The notes under the pieces: generated by a model | The model's database searches: none | What the model was told of the DNA's origin: nothing | The model's input: the letters and a program-made list of their open reading frames with translations, nothing else | From: Candidatus Aenigmatarchaeota archaeon | GTDB taxonomy: Archaea > Aenigmatarchaeota > Aenigmatarchaeia > QMZS01 | Direction of reading: 5' to 3' | Length of the DNA: 64,000 nt | Assembly (NCBI GenBank): GCA_023134135.1 | Contig: JAGLVB010000003.1 | Coordinates: 98,218 to 162,217 of the forward strand | Translations under genes and position numbers: made by a program | Part shown: positions 8,633 to 17,802 of the stretch, piece after piece | How the letters are laid out: every line of letters begins with the position of its first letter | Position numbering within the stretch: the first letter of the stretch is position 1

Positions 8633-10033
8633 TTACTTTTTATATTGTAAAGAAGTCCATAGAATTTCAAAAAATTCTTCTAAATTGTCCCACTTTGCCT
8701 TTAATTCGCTGGAAGTTGGTTGAGTGGTGTGAGAATGTACATATTCATGGAAATTATCTATAGATAAATAACTTTGTTCTTTTGTAGATGAACCAACTTT
8801 CTTTATATTATTAAACAATTTTTTATCATAACCTTTTTCTATAAAATTGTTGACCACCCAAGTTATCTTTTTGCGTATGGTATCATTTGTTTTAAAATCC
8901 TGCCCTTTCATTTTTGCATAATAATCAAGAGAAATTTCCAAAAATACTCTAAATAAAACACCCACTGCATTTGGAACTGCTTTATTTGTATCATCAAGCA
9001 ATAAATCTTCCCTAAGTTCACGATAGATATTATTAATTTTCTTTTCATCAATGGAAATACGGAAAGTCCTTGGAATAAGATAATTTCTTGAGGTACTTTT
9101 AGGATTTATTTTAGTTTTCTTTTTTGACGGAATTACATCAACAATCGGTTCATCAAGGAGATTAATTGTTGTATTTTTTTTAATTTCAGAATCTACTTTA
9201 TTATAATCATCAGTTGTAATTGATTTTAAATATTCTTCCTTCTCTTCGTTTTTATTTAAAGAACGGGAATCAATTTTGTTTCCAGAAAAATCTTTTTTCT
9301 GTAAAACATTCAAAATTATAACTTTCAATTTCTTCTCGAATTCATTATCTTTAATTTCCAATTCTCCATTATCTCTTAAATTAAATCCAAATTTTTTCCA
9401 AGCAACAGAATTATCCAAGATACGCCAAAAAGTTGTCACATATCCGAGCCCTAATATTTGTTCTTTTAAGGTTTCAGGAAGATCTAGTTTTTTTATAATT
9501 TTTGCAATTGCAATTTTAAATTCCTCTTTTTTAGTCGCATTCCCTCTACGAATATTATAATTAGTTCGTTCTTGTTCCCCCCAACTTACTTCATTATTTC
9601 CATTTACATGTTTTCTCTCAATAAAACGAAATCCTTCTGCTTTACTATCTGTTACGAGGCAATCAAAAGAAAAACTATTATCGATACTTATATCTTGCTT
9701 TAACTTTAAAAATTTGCTTTTTAAAGTATCATTTGGTGCTAAATCAGGATTCTTTAATAATTTATAAACGGTTAAACGACGGTTTCCCTCCAACACTATA
9801 TTTTTTTCGCCAGTAGCATAAACAAGCAATTTCTCCAAATGTGGTAAATCAAAATCCTTAACAATCTCTTTTGCAAAAGATTCAATTTTAAAGTTTTTCT
9901 TCGTACAAAAATATTTAATTAATTCTTTCTCAGATTTACTGAAATATTTATCGGGAAAACGAGCATTTTCATCCCATAAGGATAACTGTTCTAAAGATAT
10001 TCTTGATTCTTGCCAATGATTATTTTGTGCCAT
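8633..10033 (-). CDS. ParB/Srx-fold N-terminal domain protein with uncharacterised C-terminal region
   Basis: ISLEQLSLWDENARF ... IVLEGNRRLTVYKLL matches the ParB N-terminal (ParBc) pattern with the GxRR box. The remaining ~330 aa were not recognised. A 3-nt gap separates it from the Dam gene. Confidence 0.55.
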   Translation of the reverse strand: MAQNNHWQESRISLEQLSLWDENARFPDKYFSKSEKELIKYFCTKKNFKIESFAKEIVKDFDLPHLEKLLVYATGEKNIVLEGNRRLTVYKLLKNPDLAPNDTLKSKFLKLKQDISIDNSFSFDCLVTDSKAEGFRFIERKHVNGNNEVSWGEQERTNYNIRRGNATKKEEFKIAIAKIIKKLDLPETLKEQILGLGYVTTFWRILDNSVAWKKFGFNLRDNGELEIKDNEFEKKLKVIILNVLQKKDFSGNKIDSRSLNKNEEKEEYLKSITTDDYNKVDSEIKKNTTINLLDEPIVDVIPSKKKTKINPKSTSRNYLIPRTFRISIDEKKINNIYRELREDLLLDDTNKAVPNAVGVLFRVFLEISLDYYAKMKGQDFKTNDTIRKKITWVVNNFIEKGYDKKLFNNIKKVGSSTKEQSYLSIDNFHEYVHSHTTQPTSSELKAKWDNLEEFFEILWTSLQYKK

Positions 10034-10128
10034 AGCTACATTATCGTTTAAAATCTTATATTTGCGTTATTATATTCTTTTTAGTAATTAAATAGAAAGA
10101 AAAACAAGGTTTTATCAAAAAACCAACA

Positions 10129-10584
10129 TCACCTCAACAACAACTCAACCTCAGCAGGCTTGTATTTCCACTTCTCAGGCAACAAATGCTCTTTCATGTA
10201 GTATTTTCCAAGTCTCCTGATTTTGGATTCTGTTAACTGCAATGACCTTTTGTTGTGATTATCTTTTTTATTATCAACCAGATGTTTTCTCAAGTGTATT
10301 GCTTTTTTAAACAAATTCATCAAATCCTCAGGATAATCCTCTTTAATATCATTTTCCTCAAGAATTGTCTGCAATTTCTTTCCTGTTGACAATTTAATTG
10401 AAGGCACTCCATAACTATCCCTTAAAATTAGCCCAATTTCAGGCTTTTTATGATCATCTTTCCTCAACTCAATAACTTTGGCAATAATCTCCTTTTTGCC
10501 CATTTCCTGCCATTCAGGGACCTTGTTTCTGACAACTTTGTCTGAACCGCTTTTCCCTTTTCTTCTAGCATACATTCGCGCCAT
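10129..10584 (-). CDS. rps15: 30S ribosomal protein uS15 (archaeal S15 / eukaryotic S13 type)
   Basis: MARMYARRKGKSGS... N-terminus and ...RRLGKYY...KWKYKP... C-terminus. The likely start is the ATG at 10584, not the track start at 10620. Confidence 0.9.
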   Translation of the reverse strand: MARMYARRKGKSGSDKVVRNKVPEWQEMGKKEIIAKVIELRKDDHKKPEIGLILRDSYGVPSIKLSTGKKLQTILEENDIKEDYPEDLMNLFKKAIHLRKHLVDNKKDNHNKRSLQLTESKIRRLGKYYMKEHLLPEKWKYKPAEVELLLR

Positions 10585-10646
10585 AAGAATACATAAAAAT
10601 AAATAATATTGAATACTCACTCTAAAAGATAGTTTCTTAGAATATT

Positions 10647-12902
10647 ATGCAATTTAAAAAGGAAGATTATCCAATTAAAACCCTTGAAAGCATAGGATTC
10701 ACGAGAAGTAAGTGCAAAGTGTGCGGAAAACACTTCTGGAGCAAGAATACAAGGGATTACTGCGATGATGATGAATGCAGGGTGAAATTAAACCTCCCGG
10801 CTTACGATTTTATAGGAAAACCCGTGGGAAAGAAGAAAACTTACTTAGAATGCTGGAAAACCTTCACAGAGACCTTTGAGAAGTTCAAACACACTGTAAT
10901 AGGAAGATATCCGATAATAGCGAGGTGGAGAGACGATGTTTTCTTTGTTGAGGCATCAATATATGATTTCCAGCCTTATTGCGTTTCAGGAGAGGTTGAA
11001 CCCCCGGCAAATCCATTATTAGTCCCCCAGTTTTGCTTAAGATTCAATGACCTTGAAAATGTTGGGGTAACAGGCAGGCATTATTCCGGGTTTATAATGG
11101 TTGGTCAGCATGTATTTAACAGACCAAATGATTTCATCTATTTCAAGGAAGAAGGATTATCTTACATTTACAATCTATTAACCGAAGGTTTTGGAATCCC
11201 GGATGAAGAAATTTACTTCCACGAAGATTCATGGGAAGGGGGAGGAAACGCAGGACCGTGCATAGAATTTTTTGTGAGAGGACTGGAACTTGGGAATCAG
11301 GTTTACATGCAGTACAAAAAAATCGGAGACAAACTTGTTGAACTTGAAACAAAAGTTATTGATATGGGGGCTGGACTTGAAAGATTCCCGTGGTTATTGA
11401 ACGGAACAGACACAAGTTATGAAATGGTTTTCCCCGAAGCATTAAAATTTCTTGAAAAGTTCAACATAACCAATGAAGAAAAAATAATACTTGCGGACCA
11501 CACAAGAACTTTATTGATTGCTCTGTCAGACAATGCATTGCCATCAAATGTTTCAGGCGGATACAACCTCAGGAAAGTTCTAAGGAGATGTTTTTCAATA
11601 ATAAGAAAAAACAATTTGGATTTAAATCTTGTTGAACTCATGAAAATTCATTCAACTGAATTTAAGATTTACCCTGAACTCAGGAAAGTAAACTTTGATT
11701 TTGTTGAGGATATTTTAAAGGAAGAGGAGAGAAAATACAAGGAAACAATAAAAGCCGCGATAAGAACAATAAAGAAAACAGAAAATTTTGATGAAGAAAC
11801 AATGAGGACTTTGTACCAATCCCAGGGAATAACCCCTGAGATAATCAAAGAAGTCAAACCTGAAATAAAAATTCCAGATAACTTTGAAGTTTCAAAAAAA
11901 CCAAAAAAGAAAGAACAAAAAAAAGTATTTGATGTTGATGGTCTGGAGGAAACAGAGAAATTATATTATGAAGGAAAAACCAGATGCTCAGCCAGGGTAT
12001 TAAAAGTAATTGATGCTGTAAAAAAAGAAAACCCAACACAAAAAGAATCTGATAAACCCGTAATTTTAGAAACTGATAAAACCAAAGAAAATGCAAATGT
12101 GGTTAGTGAAGAATATTTAAGAAATATCGCAAAGTCCTTAAATTACAACTGGATTATTTTGGACAAAACCGTGTTCTACCCAAAGAGCGGGGGACAGGAT
12201 TTTGATTTAGGTGTTATTGGGGAGTGCGAGGTATTGGAGGTTATCAAGCAGGGAAATATAATCCTGCATCTGGTTAAAGGAAAATTTAAATATGATGATG
12301 CTGTGGAACTTGTTGTGGATGAGGCTAGAAGAAAACAATTGGTTCAACACCACACCTCAGCCCATATCATCAACGGGGCTGCGAGAAAAGTTTTGGGAGA
12401 ACATGTGCAGCAGGCAGGGGCCGAAAAGAAGATTGACAAAGCCCATTTGGATATGTTTCATTTCAAAAAAATTTCTGATGAGGAACTCGCAAAGATTGAG
12501 GAACTCGCAAACACCTGTATTAAGGAAAACCATGAAGTTTCCGTCAACTGGTTAAACCGAACTGAGGCAGAGCAGAAATACGGTTTTGAGATTTATCAGG
12601 GGGGAGCAGTCCCGGGAAAGGAAATAAGGATTGTAAATATAAAAGACTGGGATGTAGAGGCTTGCGGTGGATTGCATTTAAACAACACAGGAGAAGCAGA
12701 TATAATTGTAATAACCGGAATAAAAAAATTACAGGATTCTGTTGTAAGAATTGAATTCCTTGCGGGAAAAGTCGCAAGAGATTACCTTGAAAAAATGGAA
12801 GAATTTTCAAAACAATGCGCGGAAATTCTTGATTGCGATGGAGAACAGGTTTTTGACAGGGCGAAAGAATTGTTTGAAGAATGGAAGAGAAAAAGAAAAT
12901 AA
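10647..12902 (+). CDS. alaS: Alanyl-tRNA synthetase (archaeal type, short C-terminus)
   Basis: N-terminal Zn-ribbon-like CKVCGKHFWS...CDDDEC. Editing-domain motifs HHTSAHIINGA and WDVEACGGLHL. At 751 aa the protein ends soon after the editing domain. Confidence 0.85.
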   Translation: MQFKKEDYPIKTLESIGFTRSKCKVCGKHFWSKNTRDYCDDDECRVKLNLPAYDFIGKPVGKKKTYLECWKTFTETFEKFKHTVIGRYPIIARWRDDVFFVEASIYDFQPYCVSGEVEPPANPLLVPQFCLRFNDLENVGVTGRHYSGFIMVGQHVFNRPNDFIYFKEEGLSYIYNLLTEGFGIPDEEIYFHEDSWEGGGNAGPCIEFFVRGLELGNQVYMQYKKIGDKLVELETKVIDMGAGLERFPWLLNGTDTSYEMVFPEALKFLEKFNITNEEKIILADHTRTLLIALSDNALPSNVSGGYNLRKVLRRCFSIIRKNNLDLNLVELMKIHSTEFKIYPELRKVNFDFVEDILKEEERKYKETIKAAIRTIKKTENFDEETMRTLYQSQGITPEIIKEVKPEIKIPDNFEVSKKPKKKEQKKVFDVDGLEETEKLYYEGKTRCSARVLKVIDAVKKENPTQKESDKPVILETDKTKENANVVSEEYLRNIAKSLNYNWIILDKTVFYPKSGGQDFDLGVIGECEVLEVIKQGNIILHLVKGKFKYDDAVELVVDEARRKQLVQHHTSAHIINGAARKVLGEHVQQAGAEKKIDKAHLDMFHFKKISDEELAKIEELANTCIKENHEVSVNWLNRTEAEQKYGFEIYQGGAVPGKEIRIVNIKDWDVEACGGLHLNNTGEADIIVITGIKKLQDSVVRIEFLAGKVARDYLEKMEEFSKQCAEILDCDGEQVFDRAKELFEEWKRKRK

Positions 12903-12911
12903 TTAAATCCC

Positions 12912-13568
12912 TCACCAATGATATTTCTTCAACTCTTTCTCAAGTTCCCGATAATTAGGAAGTATTTTTTCAACCCCAAGTTTAAAATCTTTTGAATGAT
13001 TGAAATGTTTTAGATGAACCAATTCATGAGCCACAACATAATCAATAAGCGGGATTGGAAGACAGATTAATTTGGAATTAAAGAAAATCCTTCCATCTCT
13101 TTTACAGTGCCCAAAGCTTCTTAGGTTTTTTATTGAAACTGATTTTGGATACAATCCAAAAATACTGGAAAATTCTTCGGCTTTGACCGAGACATATTCA
13201 AGGGTTTCATCTGCGAGAAATTCAAGCAGAATATTCTCGGTTTTTCTTTTCCCAAATTTATATATTTCAATTGAATTATCAAATATTTTTATGCCTGAAT
13301 TTTTATCCCTTACTATATTCACACCATATTTTTCTCCTTTGTAATAAACCGAATCCTCTTCAAAAAGTTTCACTGATTTCCCAAGTTCCCCAACTTTTCT
13401 TTTAAGCCAGTTTTGCTTCTCTTTCAAAATAGTTTCTGCAGATACACTGTTATTCTCGGGCAGGGTAATCTCAAGGCAGTAATTTGGGTTTAATTTAAGG
13501 TATGCGTGTCGGGTTTTTTTATATTTTATTTTGCAGTTTACCTCTTTATTTCCTATTTTCAGGAGCAT
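12912..13568 (-). CDS. DUF45/YgjP-like (M48-related) zinc metallohydrolase
   Basis: C-terminal HELVHLKHFNHSKDF contains an HExxH motif in the usual DUF45 context. Confidence 0.65.
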   Translation of the reverse strand: MLLKIGNKEVNCKIKYKKTRHAYLKLNPNYCLEITLPENNSVSAETILKEKQNWLKRKVGELGKSVKLFEEDSVYYKGEKYGVNIVRDKNSGIKIFDNSIEIYKFGKRKTENILLEFLADETLEYVSVKAEEFSSIFGLYPKSVSIKNLRSFGHCKRDGRIFFNSKLICLPIPLIDYVVAHELVHLKHFNHSKDFKLGVEKILPNYRELEKELKKYHW

Positions 13569-13592
13569 AATATTGTTAATTTTAAGGCACTA

Positions 13593-13805
13593 TTAGTCAG
13601 TATTGGGCTCTGTAACTTCATATTTTTTAATTATCATTTCTTCCAATTCTTCAGGATTATCATCTAAATACTTTTTGTGTTCTTCACACCAGGTATATCC
13701 ATATCTCATATATTCTGCAGGTTCTCCGCATAAGATGCAGTTATATGAGTTCCCATTCTTAATTCTGAATTCTTCATAGAACCCCCCACTTTCTTCATCA
13801 TCCAT
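13593..13805 (-). CDS. Small acidic Cys/His-cluster protein (hypothetical)
   Basis: 70 aa with CILCGEPAEY...WCEEH. Confidence 0.4.
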   Translation of the reverse strand: MDDEESGGFYEEFRIKNGNSYNCILCGEPAEYMRYGYTWCEEHKKYLDDNPEELEEMIIKKYEVTEPNTD

Positions 13806-13916
13806 AAATATGAAATTATGATTTTAAGTAATCCCTAATTTTAGGGAAATTTTCGCAGAATGTATTTTTATTAATAAAAGTATAAATAGTTTTAAATACT
13901 ATTATATTGTGGTGAA

Positions 13917-14435
13917 ATGATTGAAAAGACTTTATATGGTGTACCTGTTATTTCAGAAGAATTAATGGGAAAAAATGATATTATTGAGAATGACCGATAT
14001 ACTGATGCTTATTTAGAACAGATTAACGAATTATATCATTTAGATAATATTTTAGGTTCACGAAAAAGCGGAATTGCTAATGGTGAATGGGCTGATTTAG
14101 ATTATTTTACGAGGAGTTCTCCGCTTAGAAATTCAGAAGGTGAAGATATCCTTAATGCGATTTTATATCATAGCGCAAATGCAGGTCTTTGGCAGCCTAA
14201 AATAATTGATGTAGATAAATTAACAGATCCACGCATAAAAACAGCAGAAGAATATTTAGAGCAGGTAAAAACAATAAGTCCTGATTATGGAAGAGGTATG
14301 ATATCTAAAGGTAACATATACGGCATTAGCGTCGCTAAAAAAGGCGGGTTTGTTGAATTAAATTCTTTAGATAATAAAGTAATTGTTCTCCCAACACAGT
14401 CATTTGTTGAATATTGTATTTCAAGGAACGAGTGA
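13917..14435 (+). CDS. Hypothetical protein
   Basis: 172-aa ORF with an ATG start. No family recognised. Confidence 0.4.
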   Translation: MIEKTLYGVPVISEELMGKNDIIENDRYTDAYLEQINELYHLDNILGSRKSGIANGEWADLDYFTRSSPLRNSEGEDILNAILYHSANAGLWQPKIIDVDKLTDPRIKTAEEYLEQVKTISPDYGRGMISKGNIYGISVAKKGGFVELNSLDNKVIVLPTQSFVEYCISRNE

Positions 14436-14562
14436 TTTGTAAATATAACCTACAATTTAATCAAAGAATTCTCTGTAGCTTTACTATGAGATTAGAGAAT
14501 CATTTCTTTAAAATCGTAAATATATTGTTGAATTCCAAAAATAGTTTAATTTATTAAATATT

Positions 14563-15996
14563 ATGCAGGAGATAATGATTGGTCTGGAAGTCCATGTGCA
14601 ATTAAACACAGAAACTAAACTATTCTGTCCCTGTTCAACTAAGCAGGCAGAGCCAAATGAGAATGTATGCGGTGTATGCCTCGGATTTCCCGGAACAAAG
14701 CCAGTATTAAACGAGAAAGCAATAGAATTAGCATTAAAAATTGCGTATGCTTTGGAATTGGAAATTAACAAGGAATTTATGTTTTCAAGGAAGACTTATT
14801 TTTACCCGGATTTGGCAAAGAATTTCCAGATAACCCAATATGAAATCCCTGTTGCCCAGAACGGTAAGTTAAAAGTCGGGGACAGGGAGATAAGGATTAG
14901 AAGAGTTCATCTTGAGGAAGATCCCGCAAGAATAGTGAGAAAAGATGATTGCGCTTTAATGGATTATAATCGAAGCGGAATTCCATTAGTGGAAATTGTC
15001 ACAGAACCTGATTTGAAAAGCCCGAGAGAAGCAAGATTATTTGTGCAAAAACTCCAGCAGATTTTGCAGTTTATTTATGTATCTGATTTGGATAAAGAGG
15101 GAAACATGAGGATTGACGCAAATATTTCCACAATCAGGTACGAAGAAAAATATGATTACAAGGGTGGATTAAAAACAGAAAAAAAATATGGAGAAAGAGT
15201 TGAGATAAAAAATGTTTCCGGCGCAAAGGAAGTTGAGAAAGCTTTAGGCTATGAAGCCTTAAGACAGAAAAATACCCCCGAAGTAAAAATGGAAACAAGG
15301 CTGTGGAATGAGAAAACAAAAACAACAAGCAGCGCGAGAGAAAAAGAAGGAGAGGCGGATTATGGTTATATTTTTGAGCCTGATTTGCCAAAGTTCGAAC
15401 TTTCAGATGAATTATTAAAAAAGATACAATCAAAATTGCCTGAGTTGCCGGGGAAGAAAAAACACAGGTTTTTGAAGTATGGTTTGTCTGAGGAACTTAT
15501 AGATACTTTGTTGACAGAACCGGAATTGACTCATTATTTTGAGTATATGTGCGAGACTCATAATGAAAAAGCTTCTGCGGTGTTGCTTGCAAAATATTTG
15601 AAGAAGACTTTGAATTACCACAACCTTAAACTAAAAGATGTCCCTGTGGATGTCAGGAAATTAAGAAGAATTCTGGATTTGTTGCAACAATATTTGATTA
15701 GCGATGAAATTGCAGAGATTCTTGTCAGGGAGATGGTTAAGGATTATATAGAGGGAAAAAGGGTAAGAAATCCTGAAAAGATTCTGATTGATTTGAATTA
15801 TGAAAAACCTTTGGAAGATGAACAACTGGCAAGAATCGTGAGAATTGTTGTGAGAGAACACAAGAGAGCAGTGAAAGATTATCTTGATGGGGAATTAAAA
15901 TCAATGGATTATTTAATCGGGCAGGTGATGAGAAAAACAAGAAGGGGAGCTGATGTAAAAAAAATCAGAGAATTGTTGAAGAGAGAATTTGATTGA
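14563..15996 (+). CDS. gatB: Asp/Glu-tRNA amidotransferase subunit B
   Basis: IGLEVHVQLNTETKLFCPCS N-terminus, a GatB-sized protein (477 aa), and a C-terminal YqeY-like tail (DYLIGQVMRKTRRGADVKKIRELL). Confidence 0.85.
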   Translation: MQEIMIGLEVHVQLNTETKLFCPCSTKQAEPNENVCGVCLGFPGTKPVLNEKAIELALKIAYALELEINKEFMFSRKTYFYPDLAKNFQITQYEIPVAQNGKLKVGDREIRIRRVHLEEDPARIVRKDDCALMDYNRSGIPLVEIVTEPDLKSPREARLFVQKLQQILQFIYVSDLDKEGNMRIDANISTIRYEEKYDYKGGLKTEKKYGERVEIKNVSGAKEVEKALGYEALRQKNTPEVKMETRLWNEKTKTTSSAREKEGEADYGYIFEPDLPKFELSDELLKKIQSKLPELPGKKKHRFLKYGLSEELIDTLLTEPELTHYFEYMCETHNEKASAVLLAKYLKKTLNYHNLKLKDVPVDVRKLRRILDLLQQYLISDEIAEILVREMVKDYIEGKRVRNPEKILIDLNYEKPLEDEQLARIVRIVVREHKRAVKDYLDGELKSMDYLIGQVMRKTRRGADVKKIRELLKREFD

Positions 15997-15997
15997 A

Positions 15998-16182
15998 ATG
16001 GAAGAGAATGATTTAGTTATTATTTCGGTCGGGGTTTAAGGCTTAATACTCCTTTTGACCCGATTGCGGCAAAGAAAGCAGAAGAATTGGGACTTAAAGT
16101 TGTGGTATTAAATGGAAAAAATCTGAGTAATTTTAAGAATTATCTAAATGGAAATGAATTTGTTGGAACAGTAATAGATTAA
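15998..16182 (+). pseudogene. pyrH: UMP kinase (pyrH) remnant: first 13 codons and last ~45 codons only, in different frames
   Basis: ATG at 15998 gives MEENDLVIISVGV*. A second frame reads ...TPFDPIAAKKAEELGLKVVVLNGKNLSNFKNYLNGNEFVGTVID* (stop 16180-16182), which is typical of the archaeal PyrH C-terminus. The central ~170 codons are absent. Confidence 0.6.
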
Positions 16183-16202
16183 ATAAACTCTTGAATTGAA
16201 GA

Positions 16203-16379
16203 TTAGTAGGCACCTATTGCTTTATAAGGAGGTCTATTACCTGATAACTCATCCAGCATATTAACGACTGGAGGTTTACGATATTTTGTTAATTCTCCTG
16301 TTGATTCATCAGGCAGTCCATTACCACTTATGTCATCTTTTTTATTTAATCCAGGATAACCATGATCCATTATTCCCAT
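16203..16379 (-). CDS. Small hypothetical protein (58 aa, below the track cutoff)
   Basis: Hand-translated: MGIMDHGYPGLNKKDDISGNGLPDESTGELTKYRKPPVVNMLDELSGNRPPYKAIGAY*. Confidence 0.25.
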   Translation of the reverse strand: MGIMDHGYPGLNKKDDISGNGLPDESTGELTKYRKPPVVNMLDELSGNRPPYKAIGAY

Positions 16380-16484
16380 AATAATATGTTTAAGTATATA
16401 TAAATAAGACTCGTTTGTACTGTTTAAGTAATAAAACGCTGTTTTCTTTCTTTTTGCGAAGCAATGAGACCCTCAAATTAAGAT

Positions 16485-16823
16485 TCAATCTATATAATCA
16501 GAAAATCCCCTCGACATGCTTTTTTTCTTTACTTTTTCTCCTTTCAATAATTTAATTTTCCCGAATTTGTGTTCATATTTATCAATATTTTCTTTTAACA
16601 AATTAAGAAATATTTTTGCCTGTTTTGGTTCAAGAATGATTGAATTGTGTTTAATGTTATAACTTATCATTTGTTCATTCTGAATCATATCCACTTTAGG
16701 AATTACCTGCGCAAAGTCCAGAACAAACTCTGTGGGATTATTGAAGACAGCAAGATTATTTGCGTAAAAGCTGTCTTTATTCTGATCTATATTTACCTGC
16801 ACCTTTTTTTTAGTTTCTGCCAT
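16485..16823 (-). CDS. DUF3467-like protein
   Basis: FYANNLAVFNNPTEFVLDFAQV matches the DUF3467 core as I recall it. Confidence 0.5.
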   Translation of the reverse strand: MAETKKKVQVNIDQNKDSFYANNLAVFNNPTEFVLDFAQVIPKVDMIQNEQMISYNIKHNSIILEPKQAKIFLNLLKENIDKYEHKFGKIKLLKGEKVKKKSMSRGFSDYID

Positions 16824-16840
16824 AATTAACTAAGAAGACT

Positions 16841-17290
16841 TTAATAACTTTCCTGTTGTTGCCCCGGAGGTTGACCCTGATTTTTTGAGGTATAATAATA
16901 TTTACTTAGGGAAGCAAGTTTCATTTTTCTTTCCAGTTTTTTTAGTTTATCAAGAAGTTCCTGATTTGTTTCTTCAAGTTTCCTGTTTCCGTCTTTTATT
17001 TTTGACCATTCTTCTGGTTCTTCACTGGTTTCAGAAACTTCGATGCTATCCATAAATTCCTTGAATTTTGTTGTAAGCGCTCCAAGATGATTGGATAAAC
17101 CGCTTATGTTTGTAATAAGTTCTGCATTAGTGTTAATAAGATGGTCAACTGTTCTCTGGTTTTCTTTCATCATTTCAGCGAGGTCTTTTAGAACAGAATT
17201 ATATCCCGGGGAGCCATGCTCAATTCTTTCAAGTCTTTGTTCAATTTTTCTTAAAGGCGTAATCGGAACAACTTCATACTCTTCCACCAT
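16841..17290 (-). CDS. Coiled-coil hypothetical protein
   Basis: Likely start is MVEEYEVVPI at 17290; the track start at 17392 adds an implausible hydrophobic leader. Heptad-rich sequence. Confidence 0.45.
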   Translation of the reverse strand: MVEEYEVVPITPLRKIEQRLERIEHGSPGYNSVLKDLAEMMKENQRTVDHLINTNAELITNISGLSNHLGALTTKFKEFMDSIEVSETSEEPEEWSKIKDGNRKLEETNQELLDKLKKLERKMKLASLSKYYYTSKNQGQPPGQQQESY

Positions 17291-17341
17291 ATATATACTT
17301 AATATATATCTATAATAACCTTTTATTAATTTTACAATATT

Positions 17342-17749
17342 ATGGTTAATCAGGAGGAATTGCAGAAAAAAGCGCAGGAAATATATATGCACATCGAAAT
17401 GCTAAATAAGGAATTTGAGCAGATTTCAATGCAATATGATGTAATAAATTCCAAGATTGAGGAATCAGCAAAACTCAGAAAAGATGTGAATGGTTTGATT
17501 GCGGGCGAGGGTTTCTCGCGAATGGGTTCCGGAGTTTTGGTTCCCTCAACAATCACAGAGGACAATTCTTTTTTGGTTAATGTGGGGAAAAAACTTTTTG
17601 TGAAAATGAATAAAGTTGAAGTTGATAAACACATTGAGGAAAAAATAAAAGGCATGGAATCTGTTTTGCCTAAAGTGTTGAGCCGGAAGAAGGAGTTGCA
17701 GGATAATATTCAAAAACACATGCTGGAGTTGCAGACTTTGCAACAGTAA
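17342..17749 (+). CDS. pfdA: Prefoldin alpha subunit
   Basis: 135 aa with coiled-coil ends. The central segment GSGVLVPSTITEDNSFLVNVGKKLFVKMNKVEV fits the alpha-type double beta-hairpin. Confidence 0.65.
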   Translation: MVNQEELQKKAQEIYMHIEMLNKEFEQISMQYDVINSKIEESAKLRKDVNGLIAGEGFSRMGSGVLVPSTITEDNSFLVNVGKKLFVKMNKVEVDKHIEEKIKGMESVLPKVLSRKKELQDNIQKHMLELQTLQQ

Positions 17750-17802
17750 ATTCTATTGAATAATGGTTGATAAGTACTTTAAATAAATAAACAAATTAGG
17801 TT

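Larger units (their letters stand above)
7691..10128. mobile_element. Putative integrated-element remnant (Dam MTase + ParB-fold protein) bracketed by rps15 3'-end direct repeats; no integrase inside
   Basis: Direct repeats at 7625-7676 and 10129-10180 are in the same orientation. The cargo is two accessory genes. Confidence 0.4.

Noticed and set aside
11860-11925. Lys-rich insert (KKPKKKEQKK) in AlaRS as a possible mobile insertion or frameshift.
   Set aside because: The reading frame is continuous and the flanking AlaRS motifs are in register. The region looks like a lineage-specific linker, and nothing further could be supported.
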